DNA of 64,000 nucleotides from Eledone cirrhosa (GCA_964016885.1 OZ024743.1:58838001-58902000), one strand, 5' to 3'; positions 1 to 14,066 are shown, counted from the stretch's first letter. Notes: generated by a model from the sequence alone, not told the origin. Numbers and translations: made by a program.

Positions 1-72
1 CATTAATATGCAACTACATCTAGCCCCGATCTTAGAATAGTCTCAGCTTATGCTTACAATACAATTCGTTTG

Positions 73-78
73 TTTATT
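73..78 (-). promoter_or_regulatory. Candidate polyadenylation signal AATAAA
   Basis: About 110 nt after the candidate stop codon. The hexamer is common in AT-rich DNA, so support is weak. Confidence 0.3.
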
Positions 79-188
79 GTTGTATCTCCTGTTGAGACGA
101 CTAGTGTTCCAGTTGTTTGAACAAGGATCTGATGGCATGGAACTGCCACAAGTATAACGGGTTGAGCAATCACTAGTCTCCATGAGTT

Positions 189-214
189 TCAGCATGGTAT
201 GATATTTGTCAAGA
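189..214 (-). CDS. Astacin-like gene, candidate terminal coding exon (FLTNIIPC*)
   Basis: tatttcag acceptor at 215-222; in phase 1 it reads F-L-T-N-I-I-P-C-TGA. AATAAA lies downstream at 78-73. The true last exon could lie elsewhere or outside the window. Confidence 0.45.
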
Positions 215-620
215 CTGAAATACATGTACAATCTCACTTTCACCAGCTGAGTATATTGAGCCAATATGAAATAAACTATATTCTTGAAGGCCTAATATAA
301 TTGTTTTTCTGTTTTATGCCTGCATTTAAAACCAATGTAACTTTAGTGAAATCCAAATCAATATATATGAATGAACACATTTCATTCACTCACTTTATAA
401 ATTGAAAACGTGGTTATCTCGAACTTTATTCTCAGAATTTACAACTTTAAAAAACGGGGGATGTCCAGTTGAACTATAGGTTTAACTAACTTTTAGCAGA
501 TGAGTTGACTAGAGCAGCGAGTCATAAATTGTCTTACTCGAATCGAATTCCTAACTTTACAATGGTGAGCCAAACACATGACATTTCCAGTAAGGTTAGC
601 CAGCAAAAAACGGCTTGTAC

Positions 621-2123
621 TCACCATTGAAAGGCAAATATTCTAAATGGTAAACATTTTACTCCTCACAGCGACTGGAATAATTCCATTTAATCTAGTG
701 TCACAGGCATAGATCCCAACATTTATTTAGTGGTAGATATTGTCTGGTAGTGATAAACTCTGCAGACTGAATAAGACGGCATCGTTGAACCATTCACTTT
801 TGCTGAACACTAATAACATGTTGAATTACGTCGAATATGTTGCCTTTAAACGTTAGAGATGGAGGTCGAAGTGCATTGTCCATGATCATGTTACCGGTTT
901 TCTGGCCTGAATGTTTCCAGTAAAGCAAATTCGATAAAAGCACAGCAGACGATGTTAAGCCACTAGTTGAAGTTAGCATGATACCCATGAGGGTGACAGT
1001 TAGGTTTGAATTCGGAAGAAAGAAAACGAAAAAAAAAAAAACGTTTCGTCTGATTCTCCAACACTTTCAACAATTTCTTGTTTTGAATTACTATTTTGTT
1101 TTATCGAACTCCAATAAAATGAAGGGCAACGTTGACATCGACAGGATTTGATGTTGGATAGTAGATGACCTGAGCAAATACCACAAGGTAATTTCTCCTT
1201 CGCTGTACGTTTTCCTCCAACGACATTGATCAAACAATCAATTGAGATTAAAGAGAAGATTTCCAAGGCCAATTTCTTAGTGACTCCCGTGAAAGAGCTT
1301 TATGTGACCCTAGTTTAAAAATGGATATGACAATCACTTTCCCCTTTGGCAAAATCCCTTGAAACTTTAATGTCATTATGGTGAGTTATATAGTGACACA
1401 TTGTGTAACAATGCTGCCTTGCGAATTAGAATTACACTCCATTTGTACGGCTTCCAAAATGTTTTCGTCAACTCAAATTCTTTCATTAGGCATGGGTGGA
1501 CTCAAGGTTATGGTTAAGGAAACTTGCCCAATATAACTCACAGTGTGAAGGAACCCCCCACCAAATATAATTTTGTTTCTACTAGAGGCATAAGGCCATC
1601 AATTTGAAGAGCAGGGGAATGTTGATTATATTGACCCCAGTGCATACTGGTACTATATTTTATCGACCACGTAAAGATGAAAGCTGAGCTAACGGGATTT
1701 GAAATCAGAATGGAAAGGGCCGTAACTCTATGCTGCGAAGCATGGTCTCCGCCGCGCTAACGATATACTGCCAAATAAATAATTTAGACAACAAAACAGC
1801 ATTATAACAGACATACTTAAATGGAAAAAAAAAAAAAAAATACAGAAAAAAATAATTTATTCTTACATTTCTTGCAATGTTCTGGACATCTGTTAATAAC
1901 ATGTCCACATCTTTTGCAACTATCACGATTGGCGTTCTTGTCGCAATAATCATCAGTCTTTATACTAATATCTGGTTAAAGAAAATGAATATGATCGTGC
2001 AGAAGACATTTTCGATATTATATGTAAAGTAGTTAAGTAGACTAAAAAATGATTAATATGGCATATCGAATGCACGTGGTTTAGTTATTATTGTATTCGG
2101 CTCTCGGTTGCATGATTCTGATT
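621..2123. repeat. Local segmental duplication, copy 1 (about 1.5 kb, contains exon B)
   Basis: Direct repeat of 4238-5726, about 98% identical outside the exon (hand comparison). Confidence 0.95.
1867..1971 (-). CDS. Astacin-like gene, Cys-rich ShKT-like exon copy B (xISIKTDDYCDKNANRDSCKRCGHVINRCPEHCKK)
   Basis: Paralog of 5470-5574 with identical splice sites and length, and all five Cys retained. Confidence 0.8.
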
Positions 2124-4043
2124 TCTATTTCCGACGCCACGTTGGACACTTTGGGAAGACACTTCATATATAGTATATTATTCTATGTACTATATTCTAT
2201 GTACTATACATGCACCTTTGACGAGTTGTAGTGCACTTGAGCACTTTACCCAATAATTTCATTATTATTATTTATATCACATTGATCCAGCTTATTCAGC
2301 TGGCAGAAAAGAGTTTTATCTGGAGAACCGGCTTTGTATACACATGTCCCGGTCAAAGTTCCATGAAATCTACGTTAAAGACACAGGCCACTCTTGGATA
2401 TACCATTATTCCAATCGCTGGTACAATATAGTCGGAACCGATAGAGTTCCCATTACAAAACTATACCATTGATTTGAATTGCAGTATGATGTAATATAAT
2501 GTGTTGTTTTGAACTATTTTGTTATGTGCTGACTTACAATGTATAATACTTTTATACTGTAATGTATCGCATTATATAGTACGTAAACAGCCACTTCAAA
2601 GTGGTTAAGTTCATTGTTCACAAATACATTAACCATTACAACTTGTGCAAACATGTATCACAGTGCATCTTGTGCTACGCTCACTCAGTATAACCTCAAA
2701 CTCGAAATTGCCAGTGAGGGTGTCATATATATAGAGATTCCTGAATATTTTCAAAATCATACACTATTTCAATTATAAAAATATAGCAACAAAAGAGTTC
2801 GTACCACAAATAAAAAATCATAATATTTGAATTACTCCATTGACTAATGGCAAAGATATTGAATCAAATACATAGGAATTGGAAAGTCCCTCTGTCTATT
2901 TTGACAATCAGTGTTCCACGTATTTGATCTACGGAAATGCTTGTTCGTATAATTAACGTGTATGTGGCTCATAGTTTCAAAGATACGTGTTTCCTGAATC
3001 CAAGTGAGATTCAACGCAACAAAGTATCTATGCTGGCTTCAAAACAGTTTCTGTCTAATCAAATTTATTTATAAGGTCGTAGGTGGATTAGAGATCATGA
3101 TAAATGGAACTTTCCCAATATGCGTCGCAGTGGGATTGAACCATGAACCTAATGATTGCATCCCCGAAATACCTTATTTAAACAGCAAACAGGATTATAA
3201 TTTAACATATTTCATAAGAAAACAGTTCATAATTTCGCCTAACAGATTTGGCAGAAATCCCATCACCTCTTCCTAAAAGCTCCTCCCTTCAACAAGTAAG
3301 AAGACTTAACTATCGGCGCGATGTGAGTATTTGTATTAAATACAACACGTGCTAATAGTTAGTCTCATATTTGAATTTGATGTGTAAACACAGATAGTTA
3401 ATTCTTCTTCCTTGTAGAAAATCCAGGATTTGGCTACTGGCGTTTACCAATCGATTAATTGGTGAAATACATTTCTTTAATGAAATATATACAAGGAAGA
3501 TTAATCAATCAATAAGGTATCTAATTTTGAAGTTCTAGTTAAACTTTAATTAGTTACCCACATAGCTGTGTGTGCTTGCACACTTTTACAGATTATCCCC
3601 TGTGATTGTTTCATATGTTTATTTTAAATATATATATATGTCAATCAATTTCTAGTTGATATATATATATATATATAAGTATGTACACGTACTACATATA
3701 TAAGTACAAACGTACAGTAGTATGTATATAATTACATACATGCACACATATATATATGTACGTATGGGTTTTCGGTACGCCCAGCCGACTAACTCACTCG
3801 ATATGCAATTAGGCTGCTAGCGTTAATATGCATAAGGAAATTATATACTTTCAAACGTTCAATCATCTGACAGAAAGGTATACGATGCTGACGATAGCTA
3901 ATAAGCTTGAAACTAGTACATCGTTCCTGTGCCAGTGTTGAACAAAGGGGCGACGATGGTTGCCGAGCACAGTACGGCGTTATCCGTGCAGTTTGTTTAC
4001 AAACACACCGAACATAATAATAAATGTTCGGTAAACCCATACG

Positions 4044-4115
<72 letters not shown>

Positions 4116-4237
4116 CATGTATGTATATATACACATACTACTGTACGTCTGTACAGATATATCTATGTACGTGTACATACTTATATTTAGGTATCAGCCG
4201 TACTAAGAGTGAGAAATGAAATTTCGTTTCATTCTTT

Positions 4238-5726
4238 TCACCATTGAAAGGCAAATATTCTAAATGGTAAACATTTTACTCCTCACAGCGACTGGAATAA
4301 TTAGTGTCACAGGCATAGATCCCTACATTTATTTAGTGGTAGATATTGTCTGGTAGTGATAAACTCTGCAGACTGAATAAGACGGCATCGTTGAACCATT
4401 CACTTTTGCTGAACACTAATAACATGTTGAATTACGTCGAATATGTTGCCTTTAAACGTTAGAGATGGAGGTCGAAGTGCATTGTCCATGATCATGTTAC
4501 CGGTTTTCTGGCCTGAATGTTTCCAGTAAAGCAAATTCGATAAAAGCACAGCAGACGATGTTAAGCCACTAGTTGAAATTAGCATGATACCCACGAGGGT
4601 GACAGTTAGGTTTGAATGCGGAAGAAAGAAAACAAAAAAAAAAAAACGTTTCGTCTGATTCTCCAACACTTTCAACAATTTCTTGTTTTGAATTACTATT
4701 TTGTTTTATCGAACTCCAATAAAATGAAGGGCAACGTTGACATCGACAGGATTTGATGTTGGATAGTAGATGGCCTGAGCAAATACCACAAGGTAATTTC
4801 TCCTTCGCTGTACGTTTTCCTCCAACGACATTGATCAAACAATCAATTGAGTTTATAGAGAAGATTTCCAAGGCCAAGTGACTCTCGTGAAAGAGCTTTA
4901 TGTGACCCTAGTTTAAAAATGGATATGACAATCACTTTCCCCTTTGGCAAAATCCCTTGAAACTTTAATGTCATTATGGTGAGTTATATAGTGACACATT
5001 GTGTAACAATGCTGCCTTTCGAATTAGAATTACACTCCATTTGTACGGCTTCCAAAATGTTTTCGTCAACTCAAATTCATTCATTAGGCATGGGTGGACT
5101 CAAGGTTATGGTTAAGGAAACTTGCCCAATATAACTCACAGTGTGATGGAACCCCCCACCAAATATATTTTTGTTTCAACTAGAGGCATAAGGCCATCAA
5201 TTTGAAGAGGAGGGGAATGTTGATTATATTGACCCCAGTGCATACTGGTACTATATTTTATCGACCCCGTAAAGATGAAAGCTGAGCTAACGGGATTTGA
5301 AATCAGAGTGGAAAGGGCAGTAACTCTATGTTGCGAAGCATGGTCTCCGGCGCGCTAACGATATACTGCCAAATAAATAATTTAGACAACCAAATATAAC
5401 AGACATACTTAAATGGGAAAAAAAAAAATACAGAAAAAAAAAATACAGAAAAAAAAAATTTATTCTTACATTTCTTGCATTGTTCTGGACATCTGGTAAT
5501 AACACTGGCACATGTTGTGCAACTAACACGATTGGCGTAACGGTGGCAATAATCATCACTCCTTTTATGAATATCTGGTTAAAGAAAATGAATATGATCG
5601 TGCAGAAGACATTTTCGATATTATATGTTAAGTAGTTAAGTAGACTAAACAATGATTAATATGGCATATCGAATGCACGGGATTTAGTTATTATTGTATT
5701 CGGCTCTCGGTTGCGTGATTCTGATT
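4238..5726. repeat. Local segmental duplication, copy 2 (contains exon A)
   Basis: Direct repeat of 621-2123. Confidence 0.95.
5470..5574 (-). CDS. Astacin-like gene, Cys-rich ShKT-like exon copy A (DIHKRSDDYCHRYANRVSCTTCASVITRCPEQCKK)
   Basis: 105 nt, phase 1-1, ttaaccag acceptor and gtaaga donor. The C..YA....C.......CPxxC spacing resembles ShKT, but the Cys pattern is not fully canonical. Confidence 0.8.
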
Positions 5727-5779
5727 GAAATACAAAATACAAAATTTCAACGATATAATTCATTGGAAGCAGAGTCAAA

Positions 5780-7762
5780 ATAATACAAATAGTGAAAACA
5801 ATGAAATTAAACAAAATACGGGTAATTCATAGTAAATCTCATTATTTTACGATCGTTTGTAGGGGGTAGTTTCCGTATGTTCATTTTATTAGTGATCTAT
5901 GTAAATTATATTACAAATTATCAAGAAAATATACATACGTCATCCCTACCTGCCGTCTTCAGAAATAATTGTTTTTACTTTTGGCACAAGGCCAACAAAT
6001 ATCCCAGTGTATTACCGGTACTTTATTTTGTCGACCCCGTAAGGATGAAAGGCAAAGCTAACCTCGCCGGGATTTGAACTCAGATCATAAAGGACCGTAA
6101 CTCTAGGCTGCAAAGCATGTTGTCCGACCCTCTACTGATTCTGCCAATTCACCGAATGAGTTTTGTTTATTGAAGAATGTAAAAACCTTTTAAGAACAAG
6201 GCTGAGATTGACCAATAGTAAATATAGGAAGGGGCAATATAGATCAGTAAGCTGGTAGTAGTAGATGAATAAATTAGCAGTCAGAGAATGAGGTATCGAA
6301 TGACCTTTAAGGAAAGAAAAGAGGGTTGCGAGTGTAAAGGAATTTAGACAGATTGTATAGAAAAGTGTGGACGGTCAAGGAAGATTAAAGTTGGAGGAAA
6401 AGGGTGCAGATATCAGTGTGTTATATCTAGTAGAATAGTATAGAACAATCCCAAATATTTATTTCTTTGTTCAAGAGGAATAATTTGTTCTAAAAATTGA
6501 ACAAGTAGAGGAATATAGATGGAACCAAAGAAAAGTAAAATTTAGATTAAAAAAATATATAGGTAAGAAAATAATAAAATTTGTGTAATTATTGTATTGT
6601 TAGAGTGGTCAGAATGAAGTTTTACCTGTAGGGAATTTTATTTTCAAATAAGAAATATCATTAATAATCTGGTTTTCTCAATATGTTTAAATGCATGTTT
6701 GTTAAAGTTTTGTTAGAGTGTTGAGTATAATGTAATATATAGTGCTCATTAATAGTTAATTAATTAAAAGAGTTATAGGGATGAGATATAGGATTGATTC
6801 TATGGATTAATTCTAATAGAAAATATAAAAATATACACACACACACACATATATATATACTTTTATATCTTTTCTTTATTTGTTTAGTTGTATTTATAAT
6901 ACTTGAATGCCTTTCTAATACTATGGTTACATGCGATAATTAATTCCTGTCTTTTATTTAATAAAATGTCTTTCAATTTAGTAATTTCAAGAATTTCTTG
7001 GGAACATAGTCCACACTCCTTTCTATTGCCCTGATAAGAAAAGGCTCTTTTGAGAATCTTCCAAGTTAGGTTATAATTAATTTTCTTCTTTTTACAATTA
7101 TTAACTGCTTCCGCTAAAGAAGTGGTATTAGCTAATTTTGTGTTTCGAAAACTGTGGGTGTGTGCATAAAATCTCGATTTAAACGGATTAGATGTGGCTC
7201 CAATATAGGATTGATTAAAGTCCTTAGTGGTAATTATACATTTATACACTATATTATTAATTAAGCAATTTCCATTTAAGGAGCAATTACTTTTTACTCT
7301 ACAATTACAACCGTTTGTACATAGGATTTCAGATATGCTTGCTATATTCCCAATAATAGTGCTAGCATTTGTATTTATATTTTTATATGAGAGAGAAAGG
7401 TTTGCGGTTGGGTGGTCATGGCTCGAAGGGTTGTTAGATGGTGAAATTATAGGGGATATTGTGTTTATAGAATCATGGTTGTTTTTGAAGTTATTGGTCA
7501 GATTGGGTATGTAATTCTTAGTTCCTATTAAGGATGAGGAAGATGGTAGTTGGTTGTAAAGAAAACTCATTGTTCCTGAAGACGGCGGCTATGGAAGACG
7601 TATGTATATTTTCCTGATAATTTGTAATATATTTTATATAGATCACTAATAGAATGAACATACGGAGAACTATCCCCCTAGAAACGATCATAAAATAGTG
7701 AGTTTTACTATGAATTACCCGTATTTTGTTTAATTTCATTGTTTTCACTATTTGTTTGTATT
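5780..7762 (-). mobile_element. Penelope-like element fragment: GIY-YIG endonuclease ORF between inverted pseudo-LTR copies
   Basis: ORF 6884-7570 has CNC...C.LNGNCL..NIVYKC...YIGAT..PFK.R...H..SF...C.LC..E. Region 5780-5968 is an inverted copy of 7568-7762. Confidence 0.88.
5969..6155 (-). mobile_element. tRNA-derived SINE (abundant family, octopod-like)
   Basis: Shares ggcacaaggcc...gtactttattttatcgaccccgtaaggatgaaaggcaaagt...gggatttgaactcag with many copies in the window; B-box-like GAGTTCAAATCC on the minus strand. Confidence 0.85.
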
Positions 7763-8025
7763 ATATACTTATATATATATATACATAAATATCCGGTAAT
7801 TCAATAGATTTGTTATTTACTGACAAAGGTACCAATATTAGCCTACTGTGCTAAAGAAGAGTTCTGTTTTTGTTTGATTAACAGGTCTGATAACCAGAAT
7901 GGGCTGAAGTCGGGTCGATAAAACACATATGGATCCTGAGACACTCATCACTGAAACATTCGTAACTGACCCTTATCAATAAAAACAATGTGAAATCTCG
8001 TTTAGATCTTTTTAACATGTATGTA

Positions 8026-8068
<43 letters not shown>

Positions 8069-8093
8069 GCACACACACATACACACACATACG

Positions 8094-8183
<90 letters not shown>

Positions 8184-8235
8184 AGACAAGACATATGTTT
8201 GATTTGTATCATTCATGACACCCTTTACTTTGAAA

Positions 8236-8386
<151 letters not shown>

Positions 8387-8496
8387 AGATAAAACTTATT
8401 AATGGCAATGTAGTAATTAGAATGAGACTATTTAGCTTATTATACACATTAATGTTATTAATATCAAAATTAAAGTAGTTTAATCAAGGAACTTAC

Positions 8497-8601
8497 CAGA
8501 ACATGTTGTTAAAGGAGATTCAGGATTGAAAGATTTACACTTGCAATCACATTGATTTGTAAGAAATCCTTCTCCCCGACATTGTTTCTTTGTACACTTT
8601 G
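8497..8601 (-). CDS. Astacin-like gene, EGF-like exon (AKCTKKQCRGEGFLTNQCDCKCKSFNPESPLTTCS)
   Basis: Six Cys with the C..EGF...CxCxC pattern that follows the catalytic domain in invertebrate astacins; cag acceptor and gtaagt donor; phase 1-1. Confidence 0.88.
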
Positions 8602-8929
8602 CTGTTGGAAATATTATGAGAATAATTTCAGTTAAATTGTTTAAGCAGCAAACATATCAAAGAAATGCAGATTTAACGTATTTAGCATGATCTTAATATT
8701 TCATAAGTTTTAGCAGAAGTCTCGGCATTGCCAGGATGAGAAATAACTATAAATGGACCAAATATACGCTCAATATAAAAAAGTAATTCATTATCTCCCA
8801 TGATGTTTCAGTTTTGGTCTTATTCACGCCAGCCACCAATTAGGGATATTTTATAGGTCGATAATTTTAGGCTTTTCTTTGTGAGGTTAATATTTTGCTG
8901 ATCTTAGAAATCCGATCACAACAGCACAT

Positions 8930-9495
8930 TCTGATGTAGACGTAGTGCATCTAGGAGAGAGGAATAATCTCTCGGAGGCTGAGGTCATAAGAGCAGTTAA
9001 CGAGCTCAAATGTCGCAAGGCCACTGGGGAAGATGAAATCCAGTCCGTGGTGTTAAAGGCCTTAAATTGAGAAATTACTCTCTGGCTGACTCGTGTCTGG
9101 GACACAAGTGAGTTTGTCCGAATTACAGAGGGATCTCCTTGTTAATCATCCCGAGTAGTGTCTATGCTAAGTGCTTGACGAAGAGATATAGGGAGATTGT
9201 CGAGTCCAAGCTAGCTGAGGAACAGCACAGACGACCAAATATTCACACTGCAGCAGGTCTTCGGTATATTCTTATTTTGTAGTCCTCGAAAAGGCGTATG
9301 ATCGCATTCTGCGGAAGCTGCCGCAGAAGGTTCAGCACGAATCTGTGAGCGATGGCCAGAGCTCTTGTTGTCTTGATGTCACTATACGAATGCCCGAGTT
9401 TTTGTGTTTGGATAAATTGTGCTAATTAGAAACCCTTCAATGTGGAAATCGGATTTCACCAAGGGTGATTACTGTCACTTCAATTCATTATTTAC
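8930..9495 (+). mobile_element. Degenerate RTE-clade LINE reverse-transcriptase fragment
   Basis: Broken frames give LKCRKATGEDEI, NYRGISLL, DQIFTLQQVF and LEKAYDRI. Confidence 0.75.
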
Positions 9496-9859
9496 ATGAA
9501 GAGGATTGACACATACACATACACACACACTATAAGATGGATAGCGGTAAAAACGGTGTTGGGTGGGATCACCATAATTTTCGGTCCGGGGCCACATGAC
9601 TTCATTACTACACTCCACGCAGTATATTATGTATATATTAGGTAATAGGAAAAGAGTCAGGACCCCCATGGCTGAGTTCCGGCCGTTGCGACAGCTAGAT
9701 CCGAACTAAACCAGTAGTGTTAGGACGGGAGTAACCTAGCTGAACTTATGAAGGGTACAGTCCATATATGAGCATGCAATTAAAACATAGCAGTAATATC
9801 ATATCAAACAATCCTGAAAATTGTTGTTTTTTTCTGTCCCAGGGAGTGGTGAAAGATAT

Positions 9860-9963
9860 TTGTTTCTACTTTAGGCACAAGGCCAGCAAATACCCAGTTC
9901 ATTACTGGTACTTTATTTTATCGACCCCGTAAGGATGAAAGGCAAAGTCAACCTCGGCGGGAT
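9860..9963 (-). mobile_element. Truncated SINE, same family
   Basis: Core identical to 35912-36098. Confidence 0.8.
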
Positions 9964-10139
9964 GTGGTCAAAGATATTGGGGTGTCATATACATAGTTAA
10001 ATTCCTTCATAGCGGCGGCGGTTGGGTTGGGGTGGCTGAACTTGCCTGTAGAAAAAAGGGGAGGGATTAAGATGACAATCTGACATGTGGATGCCAGGCA
10101 GGTCATGCGTTAAGAGAGAATTCTTTACAGCCATATCTC

Positions 10140-10200
<61 letters not shown>

Positions 10201-10265
10201 CTATGTATAAATATATATATATATACACATATGTATGTATATATATATATACAAAAATATGTATG

Positions 10266-10340
<75 letters not shown>

Positions 10341-10349
10341 GTATGTATG

Positions 10350-10405
<56 letters not shown>

Positions 10406-10666
10406 AAAAAGAGATGAAATCGAAAATGCAACTGAAGTCTTATTTTTTTCTTTATTTTTTTTTTTTTATTATATATATTTCGAGCCACTTTTTCCATATA
10501 AAACAAGTAACATTCAGAGACCAACCAGATGTGAGAAAAACCACAGACCCTCCATCTCAACTCACAAAATAAGACTTCAGTTGCATTTTCGATTTCATCT
10601 CTTTTTCTTTATACTTTCACTCGTGTAGGACACCTCGGTTATTTTACATTTTGTAAAAAAAACCTC

Positions 10667-10739
<73 letters not shown>

Positions 10740-10740
10740 C

Positions 10741-10783
<43 letters not shown>

Positions 10784-11767
10784 TATATATATATATATAT
10801 AATGAAATATATGGAGAATAGAAATGGCTGTGTAGATGCTATTTAAGTTAACTTAAAATGCAGTGGGAATACGAAGAAAGCAAGAACATGGTGAAGGGGG
10901 TTCCTCATCAGTTGTCTACTGGGGTCTAGGATATTTTTACGCTTTAAAGACAAGATAACACTTCACCCCAGTGCTTCATTAACTGGATAAGTTATTGGGC
11001 AAACGAAGGAAGGAAGGAAAGAAGGAAAGAAAAGGGGCGGAAATGATAAACTGTAACAAAACAGAGAAAAAGTACTCAGAAACCGAGCAATGTGCGAGCA
11101 ACTATAGGTAGGAAATTCAAGACCACACGATAATAGAATTTAAGTTCGAGACCGAGTAATTGAGAGGAAGGACACACGTCCGATCGCCGTAGTTGTGAGG
11201 GAGAAGAGAACTGCTAAACGGTCAGACGAGGGTGTGAAAGTGAGAGGGAGATATATATATTTCAATGACCTGTGTGTATATTATTTCATATTTTACGATA
11301 ACCCCCCCTTCTCATTTGGGGACAGTGTAAAATTTCTTTTGAAGGACTGCTGGACTTTCAAAGTTAGCTGTTTTTCTAGCACTGACGGTGACTCGCTAAA
11401 TATTAATATGTAGTTTTATATATTGATATTGCCTGGGCATTCCACTGATGAATTATAAGAGCCCACTTGTAAGGAAATCTGTTGATCAAATGCAAGCTTC
11501 TACATAACTTGGATATTATTCTGCCACCTTGTAAATATCTTACATTGAAATGATCGTATGGAAAGTAAGATTTATTTAATTTTGTCTCATATAAAATAAT
11601 ACAGCAGACTAACCATAGCATACAATATAGTTAGCACCCAAACGTATAATTGGGATTATACTTAGGTATTTCCTAATTTTCTTGAGTGAGATGGAAGTTG
11701 GTCGGTGTATCGCTAAAAGCTTTCTCTGTTAATGTATTAAATACATAAATATATATAATATATATAC

Positions 11768-11867
<100 letters not shown>

Positions 11868-12057
11868 TTATTAATATTATATATATATATTATGTCCCAA
11901 GGCTCTGATACCATCAACACTACACACACAGAGCTGGCATATTTAAGAACTGACAAACTGTCTGATGAGGTCATAGCCATTCAATGGGTATCATCGAAAT
12001 ATATATAGCAGTAAATAAAGGATTATGAGTTCATGCAATTGACTTATGTTTCGTCAC

Positions 12058-12091
<34 letters not shown>

Positions 12092-12248
12092 AATAAATAT
12101 ATATAAATATAGATATAGGTCCGAAGAACCTGCAGTTGTAGAATCAGGCTGATCCATACAATGATCATGTTTCGAGCTATCTGCCGGCGAAACAATTGTA
12201 ACACGCAATAGACTGATGCATCACTGATTTTTCTTTTTTTTATATTAT

Positions 12249-12290
<42 letters not shown>

Positions 12291-12327
12291 TATATACGAT
12301 GATATTAAATAAATGGAAACTATATTA

Positions 12328-12388
12328 ATTCTATTATATATATTTCAAGGGTACCAAGATACATTGGTACACTTTCATCAGATAAAAT
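12328..12388 (-). ncRNA. Minimal type I hammerhead ribozyme (Penelope/retrozyme type)
   Basis: Minus strand reads ATTTTAT-CTGATGA-AAGTGTACCAA-tgtatc-TTGGTACCCTT-GAAA-TATATATA-ATAGAAT: core boxes, stems I and II, and a very short stem III. Confidence 0.75.
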
Positions 12389-12743
12389 ACAAAGTTTGTT
12401 TTATAAATAGAGTCATACCATTAAAATCATACCTTATCGGTTGGAAATTCACTCGATAGTGGATATTAGGGATTTTTCAAACATTATGTGTGAATATGCA
12501 AATGAATATGTAAATAATTGAAAAACAACCGTTTATTTAAACGAGTATGGAGAAAGCGAGAGGAGAGAAGAAATAGGAGAGGATAAAATACCGCTAGATT
12601 GATAGAGAGAAGAAAGAAACAAGAGAAGGTGAATAAAACTCATATAACGTTAATTTGAGGGAAATATATTCTAATTACAAAAACAAAATGGCGTAGGACA
12701 GAACAAAGGAGAGGCACAAAAACAAAGAAAATAATCAGCAGTC

Positions 12744-12783
12744 ACTGAAGAGCTCACAGAATGTGTGACGAAAGAACTTTGAC
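12744..12783 (+). ncRNA. Possible minimal hammerhead ribozyme (second family)
   Basis: GTCA-CTGAAGA-GCTCACAgaaTGTGTGAC-GAAA-gaactt-TGAC; a decayed relative lies near 34970-35010. Confidence 0.45.
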
Positions 12784-12976
12784 AATATATAAACAATCAT
12801 CTGGTTGTGGAACCAACCAACCAGCCGGAAATTTATAAATTCCTAAATTTATAAATTTATTATAATAAATTGAAGTGAAAGTAACTGGTGCGTGTGTTTC
12901 TTATTGACAACATGACCCTCCCAAAGTATAACAATATTCTAATTATATATCTTAATAGAACGTGTATTTACGATTA

Positions 12977-13998
12977 TTATTTGTGTAAGATTTGTTTATA
13001 ATATAATATTTTTCTTCAGTTTTAAAAAATAATTTATAAGAGATAAGTAATTTTTAAATGGATAAAAATTAAAGAAATAAAAAAATAAAAATTATTACAA
13101 TTGAAACTAAAATTAAAATTAAACTTAAAATTAAAAAAATTTAAAGTTAAAATTAAAAAAAATTAGAATTATATACGTATATATTTTATGAAACTTTAAT
13201 AAGTGGAATTATAGCAAATGTTATAGATATGATTTATAGATATATTACACAATTAAAACCTGTTATGGAAATAAGTAGAAATATTATAATATTAAATGTT
13301 ATAGATATTATGTTTTAGAGATATCACTATATTAAAACCTAGTGGATGAGATTGTTATGGAAATAAGTAGAAATATTATAACTATATGTATAGGTTATAT
13401 ATAGTTCTCAATGTTGAATTCAGATTCTGCAAATTGCGCATTGAGGAAATTTTTTTCATACTTAGATGTAAAAACTCTATTAATCTAAGAACGAATTTAT
13501 TTAATTATTGTGGACATCGCCAGATTTCAACATTCAGAACTATATATAACCTATAGATATACTTATAATATTTATACTTATTTCCATAACAATCTCATCC
13601 ACTAGGTTTAAATATAGTGATATCTCTAAATCATAATATCTATAACATCTAATTATAATATTTCTACTTATTTCCATAACAATCTCATCAACTAGGTTTT
13701 AATTTAGTGATATATCTATGAATCATAATATCCATAACATTTGCTATAATTCCACTCTTAAAGTTTCATAAAATATATACGTATATAATTCTAATTTTTA
13801 AAAAAAATTAACTTTAAATTTTTAAAAATTTTAAGTTTAATTTTAATTTTAATTTTAATTTCAATTGTAATAACTTTAATTTTTTTATTTCTTTATTTTT
13901 ATTTCTTTAATTTTTATCAATTTAAAAATATCTTATCTCTTATAAATTATTTTTTAAAACAAGAAAAATATTATATTAACAAATCTTACACAAATAAT
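12977..13998. repeat. Large imperfect AT-rich inverted repeat (arms about 12977-13425 and 13520-13998)
   Basis: Arms are reverse complements, e.g. atttgtgtaagatttgtt / aacaaatcttacacaaat and ttaaaacctagtggatgagattgttatgg / ccataacaatctcatccactaggtttaaa. Confidence 0.9.
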
Positions 13999-14066
13999 TG
14001 TTTCTACTTTAAGCACAAGGCCAGCAATTTTCATGGGTATGTCTCTATTTATAAAACAAACTTTGT

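Noticed and set aside
625-642. 18-nt micro-exon (ttag|AATATTTGCCTTTCAATG|gtgagt, minus strand)
   Set aside because: Spliced after exon A or B it creates an immediate TAA, and the donor is weakened in the other copy. It is unsupported without RNA data, though not excluded as an alternative ending (CKK*).
794-1272. Duplicated short ORFs (also at 4400-4877)
   Set aside because: No recognisable domain or compatible splice sites; they recur only because the intron is duplicated.
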